Assembly (NCBI GenBank): GCA_965223325.1
Contig: CBDCWI010000002.1
Span: forward strand, 2,496,001-2,560,000
DNA from: Candidatus Multivoradales bacterium
GTDB lineage: Bacteria > Acidobacteriota > Thermoanaerobaculia > Multivoradales > Multivoraceae
Direction: 5' to 3'
Length of the DNA: 64,000 bases
The stretch's first letter is position 1; each line of letters begins with the position of its first letter. Made by a program: the position numbers and the translations under genes. The notes under the pieces are model-generated. The model had not been told where the DNA came from and ran no database searches. It saw nothing but the letters and a program-made list of their open reading frames with translations. Positions 52,083 to 62,100 of this stretch are shown piece after piece.

Positions 52083-52257
52083 GGAGCTTCCTGAGTCCCG
52101 CCCGTGGCTTCAGGTGTTGGCCTTCAGAAACGCTTCGATTCGATCACGCGGTGCCTTGCGCGCTTCATCGAAGTCGAGCTGTGGCTCACCGCACTCACGA
52201 CATCTTGCGCCTCGCGGGTTGCCTGCAGACCGACACCACCCTCGCTAGACTCTCTGC

Positions 52258-52986
52258 ATGAGCAAGCGAATGGTTCCGGAATCTCCTCTGTACACGTCCT
52301 TCACCGATCGCACCCTGGCCGCACTAGTGCTTCTTCTCCTCTCTGCCCTGGTGCTGGGCGGCTGCAACCGAGCACGCGACAAGTACTTCAACGCGCTCGA
52401 GAAAGTTGGCATCGAGAAACGCGAACTGCTGGTCTCACGCGTCGACAGCGCACGCGACGCCCAGGCCGACGCACAGGAGGAGTTCCAGGACGCGCTCGAG
52501 CAGTGGCAACCGTTCCAGGCCGTGGTCGAGTTCGATGGCGGTGACCTCGAGAAGATGTACAAGAAGCTCTCGCGTTCGTACGAGCGCAGCAAAGAGCAGG
52601 CCGAAGAGGTGCGTTCGCGAATCACCAAGGTCGAGCGCGTTGCACGTTCCCTGTTCAGCGAATGGCAGTCCGAGATCACGCAGTACAGTGACGCCGCGCT
52701 GCGAAGCGCGAGCGAGCGAGAGCTGCGTGCCACCGAGGAGCGCTACCAGCGACTGGTCGTGGTGATGCGTGACGCCGCGAAGCCGATGGACCCGGTGCTC
52801 GCCAAGCTTCGCGACCAGGTGTTGTACCTGAAGCACAACCTGAATGCGCGCGCCCTAGGGTCTCTACAGGGAACGGTGGACTCTCTCAAGTTCGATGTTG
52901 ACGACCTGGTGCGACAGATGGAGTCTTCGATCAAGGAAGCCGACGCCTTCATCGACGACATGAACTCGCTCAACGAGTCCACCTGA
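52258..52986 (+). CDS. DUF2959 family lipoprotein
   Basis: LGGC lipobox; YFNALEKVGIEKRELLVSRV, MDPVLAKLRDQVLYLKHNLNARA, SIKEADAFI. Confidence 0.88.
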   Translation: MSKRMVPESPLYTSFTDRTLAALVLLLLSALVLGGCNRARDKYFNALEKVGIEKRELLVSRVDSARDAQADAQEEFQDALEQWQPFQAVVEFDGGDLEKMYKKLSRSYERSKEQAEEVRSRITKVERVARSLFSEWQSEITQYSDAALRSASERELRATEERYQRLVVVMRDAAKPMDPVLAKLRDQVLYLKHNLNARALGSLQGTVDSLKFDVDDLVRQMESSIKEADAFIDDMNSLNEST

Positions 52987-53101
52987 GGGCCCCAGTCTGA
53001 TCGCCCGGATCACTTCATCGCCTTCGGCTACAGCAGCCGAAGCACAGACCGCGGCCCTCTCGCGCCCGGCTTCGAGGTGGAGTCTCCAGAAGCTCTCGAG
53101 C

Positions 53102-53902
53102 ATGCCCAGTGCACTGTGCCTGGAGGGTTCGGTGGTCTCCGTGGTCTGGCTTCAGCTCCTGGCTGCGGTTCATGGTGAGGGGGGAGTTCCACCCGCAACG
53201 CTGGCAGTTTCTTTCCTTTCTGTCTGGCTTGCCTATGTCGGCGATCGCTTTCTCGACGCGCGCAAACCCGGCGAGCTCACCCGTCGCCATGTCCTCTGCC
53301 GGCGCTACCCACAAGTGGTCGCGATCTCCTGGCTTGTGGTTCTGGCTGCGGACCTCGCCCTGGCGCTCCGATTCCTACCCGCAACTGCGATCGCAAGCGG
53401 GCTCGCGCTCCTCGCGGTGGTGGTGACGTACTTCTTGTGGTTGCACAACACGCGAGGCGCCAGCGACAAAACGCGCCATCGCGAGGTCCTGTCGGACCTG
53501 GCGGTCGGTCCACTCCTGGCGCTTGGCCTCGCCTGGGCTCTTTCGACTGGCCCCGGTCTCTCACCAGGCGCCGTCGCGTCGCTACTCGGCTTCGCGCTCG
53601 TCGCCAGTCTCAACTGCCGAGCGCTGACCCTCTGGAGTACCCAACGAGGCCAGCGCCGGCTGTACCGGGCACTGCAGGCCACTGCCTGCGCAGCCTTCCT
53701 GGTGAGCGCAGGCCTGGCCCTCGTTGACTCCACCGCCAGCTGGACGACCGCCCTTCCCGCGGCGTGCCTGGGACTGAGCGCCGCCGCAATGGCCTCTGTT
53801 CACCTCCACCGCCAGCGCCTGGCTGCCGACGTGCGGCGCTTCGCTGTCGACGCTGCCATGCTTTCTCCACTCGCAGCGACTCTGACCCTCGCGCTGTTCT
53901 AG
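53102..53902 (+). CDS. Polytopic membrane protein, UbiA-prenyltransferase-like
   Basis: About 8 TM segments; SVWLAYVGDRFLDA...RRH motif. Start uncertain. Confidence 0.6.
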   Translation: MPSALCLEGSVVSVVWLQLLAAVHGEGGVPPATLAVSFLSVWLAYVGDRFLDARKPGELTRRHVLCRRYPQVVAISWLVVLAADLALALRFLPATAIASGLALLAVVVTYFLWLHNTRGASDKTRHREVLSDLAVGPLLALGLAWALSTGPGLSPGAVASLLGFALVASLNCRALTLWSTQRGQRRLYRALQATACAAFLVSAGLALVDSTASWTTALPAACLGLSAAAMASVHLHRQRLAADVRRFAVDAAMLSPLAATLTLALF

Positions 53903-53905
53903 GCG

Positions 53906-54562
53906 ATGCGCAGCGGCTACGACTTCCTGGCTAGACACTGGCAGGGTCTCGAGCACCTCCTGCACGGCGATCTCCTGGCGAAGGCACGGTTTGCTTGCCT
54001 GCGAGAGCTCGAACGTCAGCGGCCCTCACGGGTGCTCCTGGTCGGCGACGGCGACGGCCGGTTCCTGGAACAGCTCGTCTGGCGACTACCCAGCTCGAGA
54101 ATCACCAGCATCGATCGCAGTCCGTCCATGGTGGCTCTCGCACGCGCCCGGCTCGATGAGACGTCGCGCCAACGGGTCACACACCTCATCGCCGACGCGG
54201 CGCAGGTGGTTGTTACGCCCTCCCCATCGGTGCAGTTCGACGCCGTGGTGACGCACTTCTTCTTCGACCAGTTCGAACACGACGGTCAGCGCGAACTCGT
54301 TCCCCATCTGGCTTCGTTGCTTACGGAGACAGCGACCTGGCACCTGGCCGACTATCAGCTCCCGGCTGGCGGATGGGCCAGGCAAAGAGCGCGAGCAATC
54401 CTGTTTCTCCTTTACCGCCTTTTTGGCGCCATCACCGATATCGATGCCCGGAGTCTCCAGGACCCGACCCCACTCCTCGAAGCGGCTGGTTTCAGACTGC
54501 TCCGCCAAACGCTCTTCGATCGCGAACTGTTGGTGTCTTCGAGCTTCTCGCGCAGCGCCTAG
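53906..54562 (+). CDS. Class I SAM-dependent methyltransferase
   Basis: VLLVGDGDGRFL, IDRSPSMV, FDAVVTHFFFD, LADY. Confidence 0.88.
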   Translation: MRSGYDFLARHWQGLEHLLHGDLLAKARFACLRELERQRPSRVLLVGDGDGRFLEQLVWRLPSSRITSIDRSPSMVALARARLDETSRQRVTHLIADAAQVVVTPSPSVQFDAVVTHFFFDQFEHDGQRELVPHLASLLTETATWHLADYQLPAGGWARQRARAILFLLYRLFGAITDIDARSLQDPTPLLEAAGFRLLRQTLFDRELLVSSSFSRSA

Positions 54563-55395
54563 CCACGAACGCAGCGGTTTCTCATTTCGCCGAGGCCGTC
54601 AAGGCGGGTCGTGACGACGTCTCCCTCCGCAAGATAGGTGCGAGTCGCTGCGCCGACGCCGCTGGGTGTTCCGGTAAAAATGAGATCGCCGGGCTCGAGT
54701 CGGGTGATCCGCGAGAGGTACGCCACCAGCGCCGGGACCGAGAAGATCAGGTCGTTGGTGTTCGACGATTGGCGCTCCTCGCCGTTGACCCAACAAGCAA
54801 GGGGGATCGCGTCGCGGTCGGCGATCAGGTCGAGCGAGACGACCATCGGCCCCGTCGGACCGAAAGTGTCGAAGGATTTGCCAAGGGTGAACTGTGGCGG
54901 CTTCGAGGAGAACTGCGCCTTGCGGTCAGAGATGTCCTGACCACAGGTCAGGCCAACGACGTATTCCCAGGCGGCTTCTTCGTCGATGTCTTTGCCCGCG
55001 CGGCCGATCACCGCCACCAGCTCTGCCTCGTAATCGCAGTAGTCACTGCGCAAAACGACGGCAGCAGTCGGCCCGACGAGGCAGCTCGGGTACTTGGCGA
55101 AGACCATCGGCTGTTCTGGGATCTCCATGCCCGACTCTTCGGCATGCGCCCGATAGTTCAGGCCGACACCAAAGATCTTCTGTGGTCGCGGGACGGGCGG
55201 CCCGAGTTCCACATCGGCAACCGAACCCGACGGTTCGTGGTCGGAGAGAACGATGCCATGTAGCTGTTCGGCGCTGGCCAGCGCCAGCATCGGGCAGCTG
55301 CTGATCGCGCCACCGGTCGAGGTCTCCACGTCGTAGTAGCGATCACCTTCGAGGAGAACTGCGCGGCCGCCCACGTTCGCCAACCGAAATCCCAT
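54559..55395 (-). CDS. Fumarylacetoacetate hydrolase family protein
   Basis: GVGLNYRAHA, DYEAELVAVIG, DISDR, GKSFDTFGPTGP, LEPGDLIFTGTPSGVG. Confidence 0.95.
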   Translation of the reverse strand: MGFRLANVGGRAVLLEGDRYYDVETSTGGAISSCPMLALASAEQLHGIVLSDHEPSGSVADVELGPPVPRPQKIFGVGLNYRAHAEESGMEIPEQPMVFAKYPSCLVGPTAAVVLRSDYCDYEAELVAVIGRAGKDIDEEAAWEYVVGLTCGQDISDRKAQFSSKPPQFTLGKSFDTFGPTGPMVVSLDLIADRDAIPLACWVNGEERQSSNTNDLIFSVPALVAYLSRITRLEPGDLIFTGTPSGVGAATRTYLAEGDVVTTRLDGLGEMRNRCVRG

Positions 55396-55480
55396 CGTGC
55401 TCCTCCCCGATCATTCTCGCCAGCGAACCAGGCACGCCACCTGAGGTCTCGTGGCAGTCTCCCACGAGCGCCAATACCGG

Positions 55481-58400
55481 TCAGGAAGGTCTGCCGGCGG
55501 GCCCATTCCCCTCATCGACGACGAGCTTCGGCATCGACTGGGTCTCAGTGGGCGGCGGCTCACCCATTTCGACACGGAGCGGCCCGTCGTAGGAGGTGGG
55601 GTCGAGCTCCGCGGCGATAAGGTCTCGCACTCCCAGGCGGGGCGTCTCTGCCTTCGAGTCGATGGCCACCCAACGACCACGACCGTACTCCTTGGCGAGA
55701 TAGAGCGCCCGGTCGGCGATCTTCACCGTATCTTCGAAGCCCAGGAGCTCCGGTTCATCAACAAAGAAGGGGAAGAACGCGCAGCCAACTGAACACCCGA
55801 GGTGAACCGGGCTTCCGTCTGCGGTTTCGAAGACATGGCCGCGAATCATCTGGATGATGCGGTTGGCGAACCCGGCAACCTCGCCGCGCTCGACTCGTCG
55901 AATCAGAAGCAGGAACTCATCCCCGCCCCACCGAATGGCGCTGTCGCCGTCCCGGCAAGCGTCGCGCAGCAGCTCGCCCACCTGGATCAGTGCCGCATCA
56001 CCAGCGTCATGCCCGAACGTATCGTTGAGCGGCTTGAAACCGTCGAGATCGATCATCAGGAGCAGAAAGTCGTGGAGATCTTCGGAACGCAGGCCGGAAG
56101 GAGCCTCGCCGTTGTCGCCGGATCCTGGTACTGCGGGCCCCTCATTGGGGGTTTGGGGGGGAGGTTCATCGAGCACCAGGGCGCCGCTATCCGACCGCTT
56201 CCTTCGGTAGTACCGCATCGCCCGGGTCAGCTCCTCGCGCAGGAAGCCAAGCACGTAGTGCCGATTGCGCAGACCCGTCAGAGCATCGGTAACCGAAACC
56301 TGCTGCAGACGCTCATTGCGCTCGGCGAGTTCCTCAGTCCGCAGGTCCACCTCCTCTTTGAGTCGCCGTGAGTACTCCGCTTCTCGGTGGAGCCTCTGGC
56401 GCACCAGGTGGACTGCGAGAACGATGGCGAGTAGAACCGCCAGCGCGTACAGGCAAAAGGCCCACCAACTCTTCCAGGGTGGAGGTTCGACCACGACACG
56501 CGCCGAGAGGCCATCCTCGGTCCAGGCGCCGTCGTTGTTCGATGCTCGCACCCTCAGGACGTAGTCGCCAGCCGGTAGGCTGGTGTAGGTCGCGCGATGA
56601 AAGGTACCGAGCTCGTTCCAGTCCTCGTCGAAGCCCTCTAGCTTGTAGGCAAACTGGTTCTCTTCCGGGGAGGTGAAGTCGAGCGCCGCAAAGTCGAAGG
56701 TCACGACCTTGTCCAGGTGATTGAGTTCGAGCGCCGCGTGCTGCGCCGCAAGAACGTCCTCGTGACGAAACTCGCCGTTTCGCGACACCGACGTAATCGC
56801 CAGTTGCGGGATGTGCCGGTTGTCGACGACCGCGGCGGGGCGAAAGACGTTCAGCCCCGCGACACCGCCGAGGTAGAGCCTCCCATCGGACCCGACATGA
56901 TGAGCACCGAAGTTGAACTCGGCACTCTGTAGACCGTGGCGCACCGAGTAGCGTTTGAACTCGCCCGTTTGATGGCGGAACCGGAACACACCGTTGTTGG
57001 TGCTCAGCCAGAGATCGCCAGCGTCGTCGGGGAGAATGGCGTAGACCATCTCGCTCGCCAGGCCCTCGTCGCGACCGAAGTTCTGGAACGCTGCCGAGGG
57101 GTTTCCGAAATCCTTGTACGGCAGAAGATCCAGGCCATTGTCGCCAGTTCCTACCCATAGCCCGTTGGCGTCCTGGTAGAGCGACCAGATGCGGTCACTT
57201 GCCAGGGCTCCGACGACATCGGGGTCGGCTCGATAGGCCGTGAACTCTTCGGTTGCCGGATCGAAACGGTTGATACCGCCGTCATCGGTGCCGACCCAGA
57301 GTGCGTCGTCGGTCTGCAAGAGCACCGTGACGCGATCACTCGAGAGCGAGTCCGGGTCGTTTGGATCTTGCCGGAAATGACGCGCAATCCCGGTCTCGGT
57401 ATCGAGGCTGTCGAGACCAGCTCCGAAGAGTCCGACCCAGGTTCGGTTGGGTTGGGCGCCGTGCTCGAGCGCAATGATCGAATTGCTCGCCAAGGTGCGG
57501 AGGTCATCTGGGTCATGCCGAAAGTGCTCAAATGTCGACTCGCCGGTTCGGCGGCGGTTCAATCCACCGCGGAAGGTTCCCGCCCAGAGATCTCCCTTGC
57601 GATCGACTAGCAGCGAGCCAATACGGTCTTCACTGATACTCGTCGGGTCTTGCGAGTCGTGTTTGAAGGTCGTCACCGAACCTGTTGCCGGATCGATCCG
57701 GTTGAGGCCCCCCATTGTTCCGACCCAGATGGTGCCGTCGGCCTCTTCGTCGATCGCCCAGATCGCGTCGTTCGAGAGGGCACGGTCGCCCTCTACCCCC
57801 GTGTGATAGTGCTCGAAAGTCACGGTCACCGGGTTCCAGAAACTCAGACCGGCACCGAGAGTACCGACCCAGAGAACGTCGCCGCGATCCTGAAACAGCG
57901 ACAACACGTAGTCGGTCGCCAGCCCGTCGGGAGATACGGTTCGCTGACGGATGTGTGAAAAGCCGCGGCCTTCTCCACGCCACTCGTTCAAGCCCCGCTC
58001 GGTGCCCACCCAGAGCGTCCCTTGTCGATCGGTCAACGCCGAGGTCACACTGTTCGACGTCAGCGAGCGCGGATCATCAGGATCATGGCGAAAGTGTTTG
58101 ACGTCTTGAACCCCTGGATCGAGACGGTCGAGACCTTGATCGTAGGTGGCAATCCAGAGACGCTGCGCTCCGTCGAGGTGAAGAGCACGCACCTGATTGC
58201 TGCTCAAGCTGGTTGGATCGGCCGGTTCATGGCGTCGCGAATCGAGCAGTGCTCCTTCAGCGTCGAGATGAAAGAGGCCATCACCGAAGGTGCCAATCCA
58301 GGCGCCACCATTGCCGTCGCCAACCAACGCGCGTACCGAACTGCTCGCCAGCGTGCTGGCCTCTTTGCCGGGGGCCCAGATGTCTCCTGTTGTGGGGTCG

Positions 58401-58888
58401 TAGCGCAGGATACCGGCGGTCTCGGTTCCGACCCACAACCGCCCTTCCCCATCGGGCAGGACCGCGCGAACCGGAAGGTTCTGATCGTCTGAGGTCAGTG
58501 CGTGGCGCGCGAAAGAGCCGGCGAACGGCTGCCAGACCGCGAGACCACCACGCGTACCAACCCACACTCGACCGTCTGAAGCCACAGCGAGCGACCAGAT
58601 CTGGTTGCTCGGCAGGCTGGTGACATCACCCGGTCCATGCCGATAGAGCCTGACTTCTTTGCCGTCGTACCGGTTGAGTCCATCTTCGGTCGCGATCCAC
58701 AGGAAACCGGCTTGATCCTGGACAACCTGGTTGACAGTTGTTTGCGAAAGGCCCTCTTCGAGTGACAAATGATGGAAGCGAATGGCCGGTCGCTGCCCAT
58801 ACACCGCCGCTGCGAGGCCGAGAACCAGGGCCACGTACAGAAAGGGCCGGGCGCGCCAGCGGCCACGTTGTGCCAGAAAACAACACAT
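55481..58888 (-). CDS. Periplasmic double beta-propeller/Y_Y_Y sensor diguanylate cyclase
   Basis: Reg_prop repeats (WIAT.DGLNRYDG, SLSSN.V), Y_Y_Y (YKLEGFD..W..ATYTSLPAGDYVLRV), TM helix, DALTGLRN, RDGD I-site, RWGGDEF. Confidence 0.93.
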   Translation of the reverse strand: MCCFLAQRGRWRARPFLYVALVLGLAAAVYGQRPAIRFHHLSLEEGLSQTTVNQVVQDQAGFLWIATEDGLNRYDGKEVRLYRHGPGDVTSLPSNQIWSLAVASDGRVWVGTRGGLAVWQPFAGSFARHALTSDDQNLPVRAVLPDGEGRLWVGTETAGILRYDPTTGDIWAPGKEASTLASSSVRALVGDGNGGAWIGTFGDGLFHLDAEGALLDSRRHEPADPTSLSSNQVRALHLDGAQRLWIATYDQGLDRLDPGVQDVKHFRHDPDDPRSLTSNSVTSALTDRQGTLWVGTERGLNEWRGEGRGFSHIRQRTVSPDGLATDYVLSLFQDRGDVLWVGTLGAGLSFWNPVTVTFEHYHTGVEGDRALSNDAIWAIDEEADGTIWVGTMGGLNRIDPATGSVTTFKHDSQDPTSISEDRIGSLLVDRKGDLWAGTFRGGLNRRRTGESTFEHFRHDPDDLRTLASNSIIALEHGAQPNRTWVGLFGAGLDSLDTETGIARHFRQDPNDPDSLSSDRVTVLLQTDDALWVGTDDGGINRFDPATEEFTAYRADPDVVGALASDRIWSLYQDANGLWVGTGDNGLDLLPYKDFGNPSAAFQNFGRDEGLASEMVYAILPDDAGDLWLSTNNGVFRFRHQTGEFKRYSVRHGLQSAEFNFGAHHVGSDGRLYLGGVAGLNVFRPAAVVDNRHIPQLAITSVSRNGEFRHEDVLAAQHAALELNHLDKVVTFDFAALDFTSPEENQFAYKLEGFDEDWNELGTFHRATYTSLPAGDYVLRVRASNNDGAWTEDGLSARVVVEPPPWKSWWAFCLYALAVLLAIVLAVHLVRQRLHREAEYSRRLKEEVDLRTEELAERNERLQQVSVTDALTGLRNRHYVLGFLREELTRAMRYYRRKRSDSGALVLDEPPPQTPNEGPAVPGSGDNGEAPSGLRSEDLHDFLLLMIDLDGFKPLNDTFGHDAGDAALIQVGELLRDACRDGDSAIRWGGDEFLLLIRRVERGEVAGFANRIIQMIRGHVFETADGSPVHLGCSVGCAFFPFFVDEPELLGFEDTVKIADRALYLAKEYGRGRWVAIDSKAETPRLGVRDLIAAELDPTSYDGPLRVEMGEPPPTETQSMPKLVVDEGNGPAGRPS

Positions 58889-59059
58889 TGCAATATTTCG
58901 AATTTCTCGCGATACCCCGGGTGGGGGCAGACGCCAAGAACTTTACTATAAATCCCAGAAAGCAAGGTTTCAGTCTTCAGCCCTCAAGAGTACCGACGGA
59001 AGGGATTCATACAACCAGAACACGTCGAGCGGAGGTATACTAGAAATTGTTTCATAAGG

Positions 59060-59075
59060 TGGCAAACCATTTGCT
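59060..59075 (+). promoter_or_regulatory. Sigma54 (-24/-12) promoter upstream of the S8 peptidase
   Basis: TGGCAAACCATTTGCT (TGGCA-N6-TTGCT; GG-N10-GC), 66 nt upstream of ATG 59142 and preceded by AT-rich DNA. Confidence 0.65.
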
Positions 59076-59141
59076 TAATGTTTCGGTGGCTTCGCAACGC
59101 CACGCCGACTCTGAACCTCTACTTGTCCACGGGACCTCATC

Positions 59142-62100
59142 ATGCGTGCCCACCGTCTGACCATCTTGATCCTCGCCGGATGTCTCGCGACATTCGCCGG
59201 TGCGCAATCGCCTCCCGTCACCGCGGTGACCGACGGGCCACAACCTCCGACGGCAGCAGGGCCTGAACACGACGCCCTAAGCCAGCGGTACATCGTGCTG
59301 GCTCCCGACAGTCGCACCGCCGAACATTTCGTCGAAGCTGTAGGCGGTAGGACCAGTCACGTCTTTCGCGTCCTGCGAGGAGTCGGAGCGGACCTGACGC
59401 TCGCACAAACCGAAGAGCTCTCCAGGCTTCCCGGGTTTCGCGTCATCGCCGACCGCCAGGTCCATGCACAAGCTCTCCGCAGCCAGAACGTCCGTATGAC
59501 CCGCCAGATCGCCTACGGTGCCGATGACGCCGAAGAGAAGCTCTCGACCGGCGGCGTCGACCTCGGAAGTTCCGACCTCGAACTGGCCACCGACTACTCC
59601 GATCAGATGATCGGGCTGCGCTTCCAGGACGTTCAGATTCCGCAGGGCGCCACAATCACCAACGCCTACCTCGAGTTCGAGTCCGACAACGCCAACGACA
59701 CAAACGTAAGCCTCGAGATTCGCGCCCAGGCCGCCGACAACGCGACCGCGTTTCAAAGCGCCAGGCACAACCTGACAGACCGCCCGACCACTGAGAGCGT
59801 CATTCCGTGGACTCCGGAGCCCTGGGTCGAGTCGGGCCTTCTCTACACGTCTCCGGCCGTCACGCCCATCGTTCAGGAAGTCGTCGACCGCGGTGCATGG
59901 CAGGCTGGTAACTCGCTGGTGGTGCTGATCTCGGGCCACGGCATTCGCCGCGCTCAGTCCTTCGAAGGCAAGCAATCGGGCGCCACTACCCTGGTGGTCG
60001 ACTACGAATCACCCGCAGAAGAGACGACTGGTGGATTCGGTGGCGGTCCAGGGGGCGGTTTCGGCGACGAACCGCTGGCGACTGGCGAGACTCACACGAT
60101 CGCCGCCTACATTCTGCGCGGTGCCGATGACGTCGAAGAGAACCTCTCGACTGGTGAGGTGCACATCAACAGCAGTGATCTCGAGATGAGCTTCGATGGG
60201 TCGCGCCAACAGCTCGTCGGCCTGCGCTTCGATGATCTCCCGATTCCTGCAGGCGCCAAGATCGACATGGCGTGGCTCGAGTTTCGCGCCGACGAAACCA
60301 ACTCGGCCCCGGCCTCGGTCCTCATTCATGCCGAAGCCACCGCCGACTCCTGGAGCTTCGAAGACCTGGACTACGCAGTATCGATGCGGCCGAAGAGCAC
60401 CACCTCCAAGACCTGGACTCCGGTGCCCTGGCCCGAGGTGGGAGCCGCCTACCCGAGTGAAGACATCGGACCGATCATCCAGGAGATCGTCAGCCGGAAA
60501 GGCTGGCGGGCCGGCAACGCCTTGACTCTCCTCCTCACCGGGTCGGGCCGGCGAACCGCCGAGTCGTTCGATGGCGGCGACACACCTCCGATCCTGCGCG
60601 TTCAGTACCAGGGCGTCGCCCCGACCATGGCGGACGTCGCTGCGGGCGCCTGCGGCAAAGTGCCGGGGACTGGGGCTAGCGACCTGCGAGTCGTCGCCCT
60701 CGACTTCGACGGCACCACCGAAATCGAGGTCAAGGTCAGAGACGGTCGACCCCACGCACCGCTCCTGGTGGACGGCAAGATGGTCGGCTGCCTCGACAAG
60801 TACGGTGACCTCGAGACCAAGCACTTCGCGTTTCATATCGACGCCTGCCACGTCACCGTGAGTGACGGGGCGACTCACCTCGAAGTCGAGGCCGAAGACT
60901 GCGTTGCCTGGCGCGACACCTTCTACCCCACCCTGGTCGATGCCGCTCGGCTCCACCAGCAGGGGACGCTCGGCCGGACTTCGATTGCCTTTGTCGACAC
61001 CGGAATCGCCAACGCACACGACTGGGGCCAGATTTCCTACGACGTGGTCGCCTTCTACGATGCGATCGCCGACCGCACGCACTCTGATCAAGGTGCGTTT
61101 GACGACGCAGGTCACGGCAGCCACATCGCGGCGGTCGCTGCCGGTCGCGGCGTGACCGCCGAAGGGCTCTACAACGCGGTTGCCCCCGCCGCTCAAATCG
61201 TTGCGGTGCGCGCCTTCGACGCCGATGGCTCGGGCTCCTACCTCGACGTCATCCGCGGGATCGAGTGGACGATTCAAAACGCCAGCCGCTACGGAATTCG
61301 GGTTCTCAATCTCTCTTTCAGCGCACCGGTGCAGTCGTTCTACTGGGACGATCCCCTCAACATGGCGGTGATGGCTGCCTGGGACGCCGGCCTGGTGGTC
61401 GTTGCCTCAGCTGGCAACCACGGTCCCGACCCAATGACCATCGGCGTGCCCGGCAACGTTCCCTACGTCATCACGGTAGGTGCGATCAGTGACGCCTACA
61501 CCCCGGACGATTCCTCAGACGACTTCCTGACCACCTTCTCGGCGGCCGGCCCGACCTTCGAGCGCTTCGTCAAGCCCGATGTCGTCGCCCCGGGTGGCCA
61601 CATGCTCGGCCTGATGGACTTCCAGGACACGCTCGCCAGGACCCACCCCGAGTTCCACGACGGACCGCGCGGCGTGCCCTACTTCACCATGTCGGGTACC
61701 TCGCAGGCAGCGGCAGTCGTCAGTGGCATCGCGGCGCTCATGCTCGACGACGAACCCACCCTGTCGCCAGACGACGTCAAGTGTCGGCTCATGGCCACGG
61801 CGCGACCGGCCCTCGCCGGCGACGGCAGCCTCGCCTACAGTGTCTTCCAGCAGGGAGCGGGGTTGGTCAACGCCCTCGATGCCGTTCGTACGAGCGTCAC
61901 CGGCTGCGCCAACCAGGGACTCAACATCGGCCACGATCTCTCGGGCGCCCAGCACTACGGTGGCCTCGCCAACCAGGACGAGTACGGCAACTACGTCCTC
62001 GAGGGCGTCCAGGGCTTCGCATGGGATCAGGGCTTTGCCTGGGATCAAGGCTTCGCATGGGATCAAGGCTTCGCCTGGGACCAGGGCTTCGCATGGGACC

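Noticed and set aside
52100-52200. Minus-strand stub ...QLDFDEARKAPRDRIEAFLKANT-stop
   Set aside because: It looks like a gene C-terminus but is too short to assign to any family
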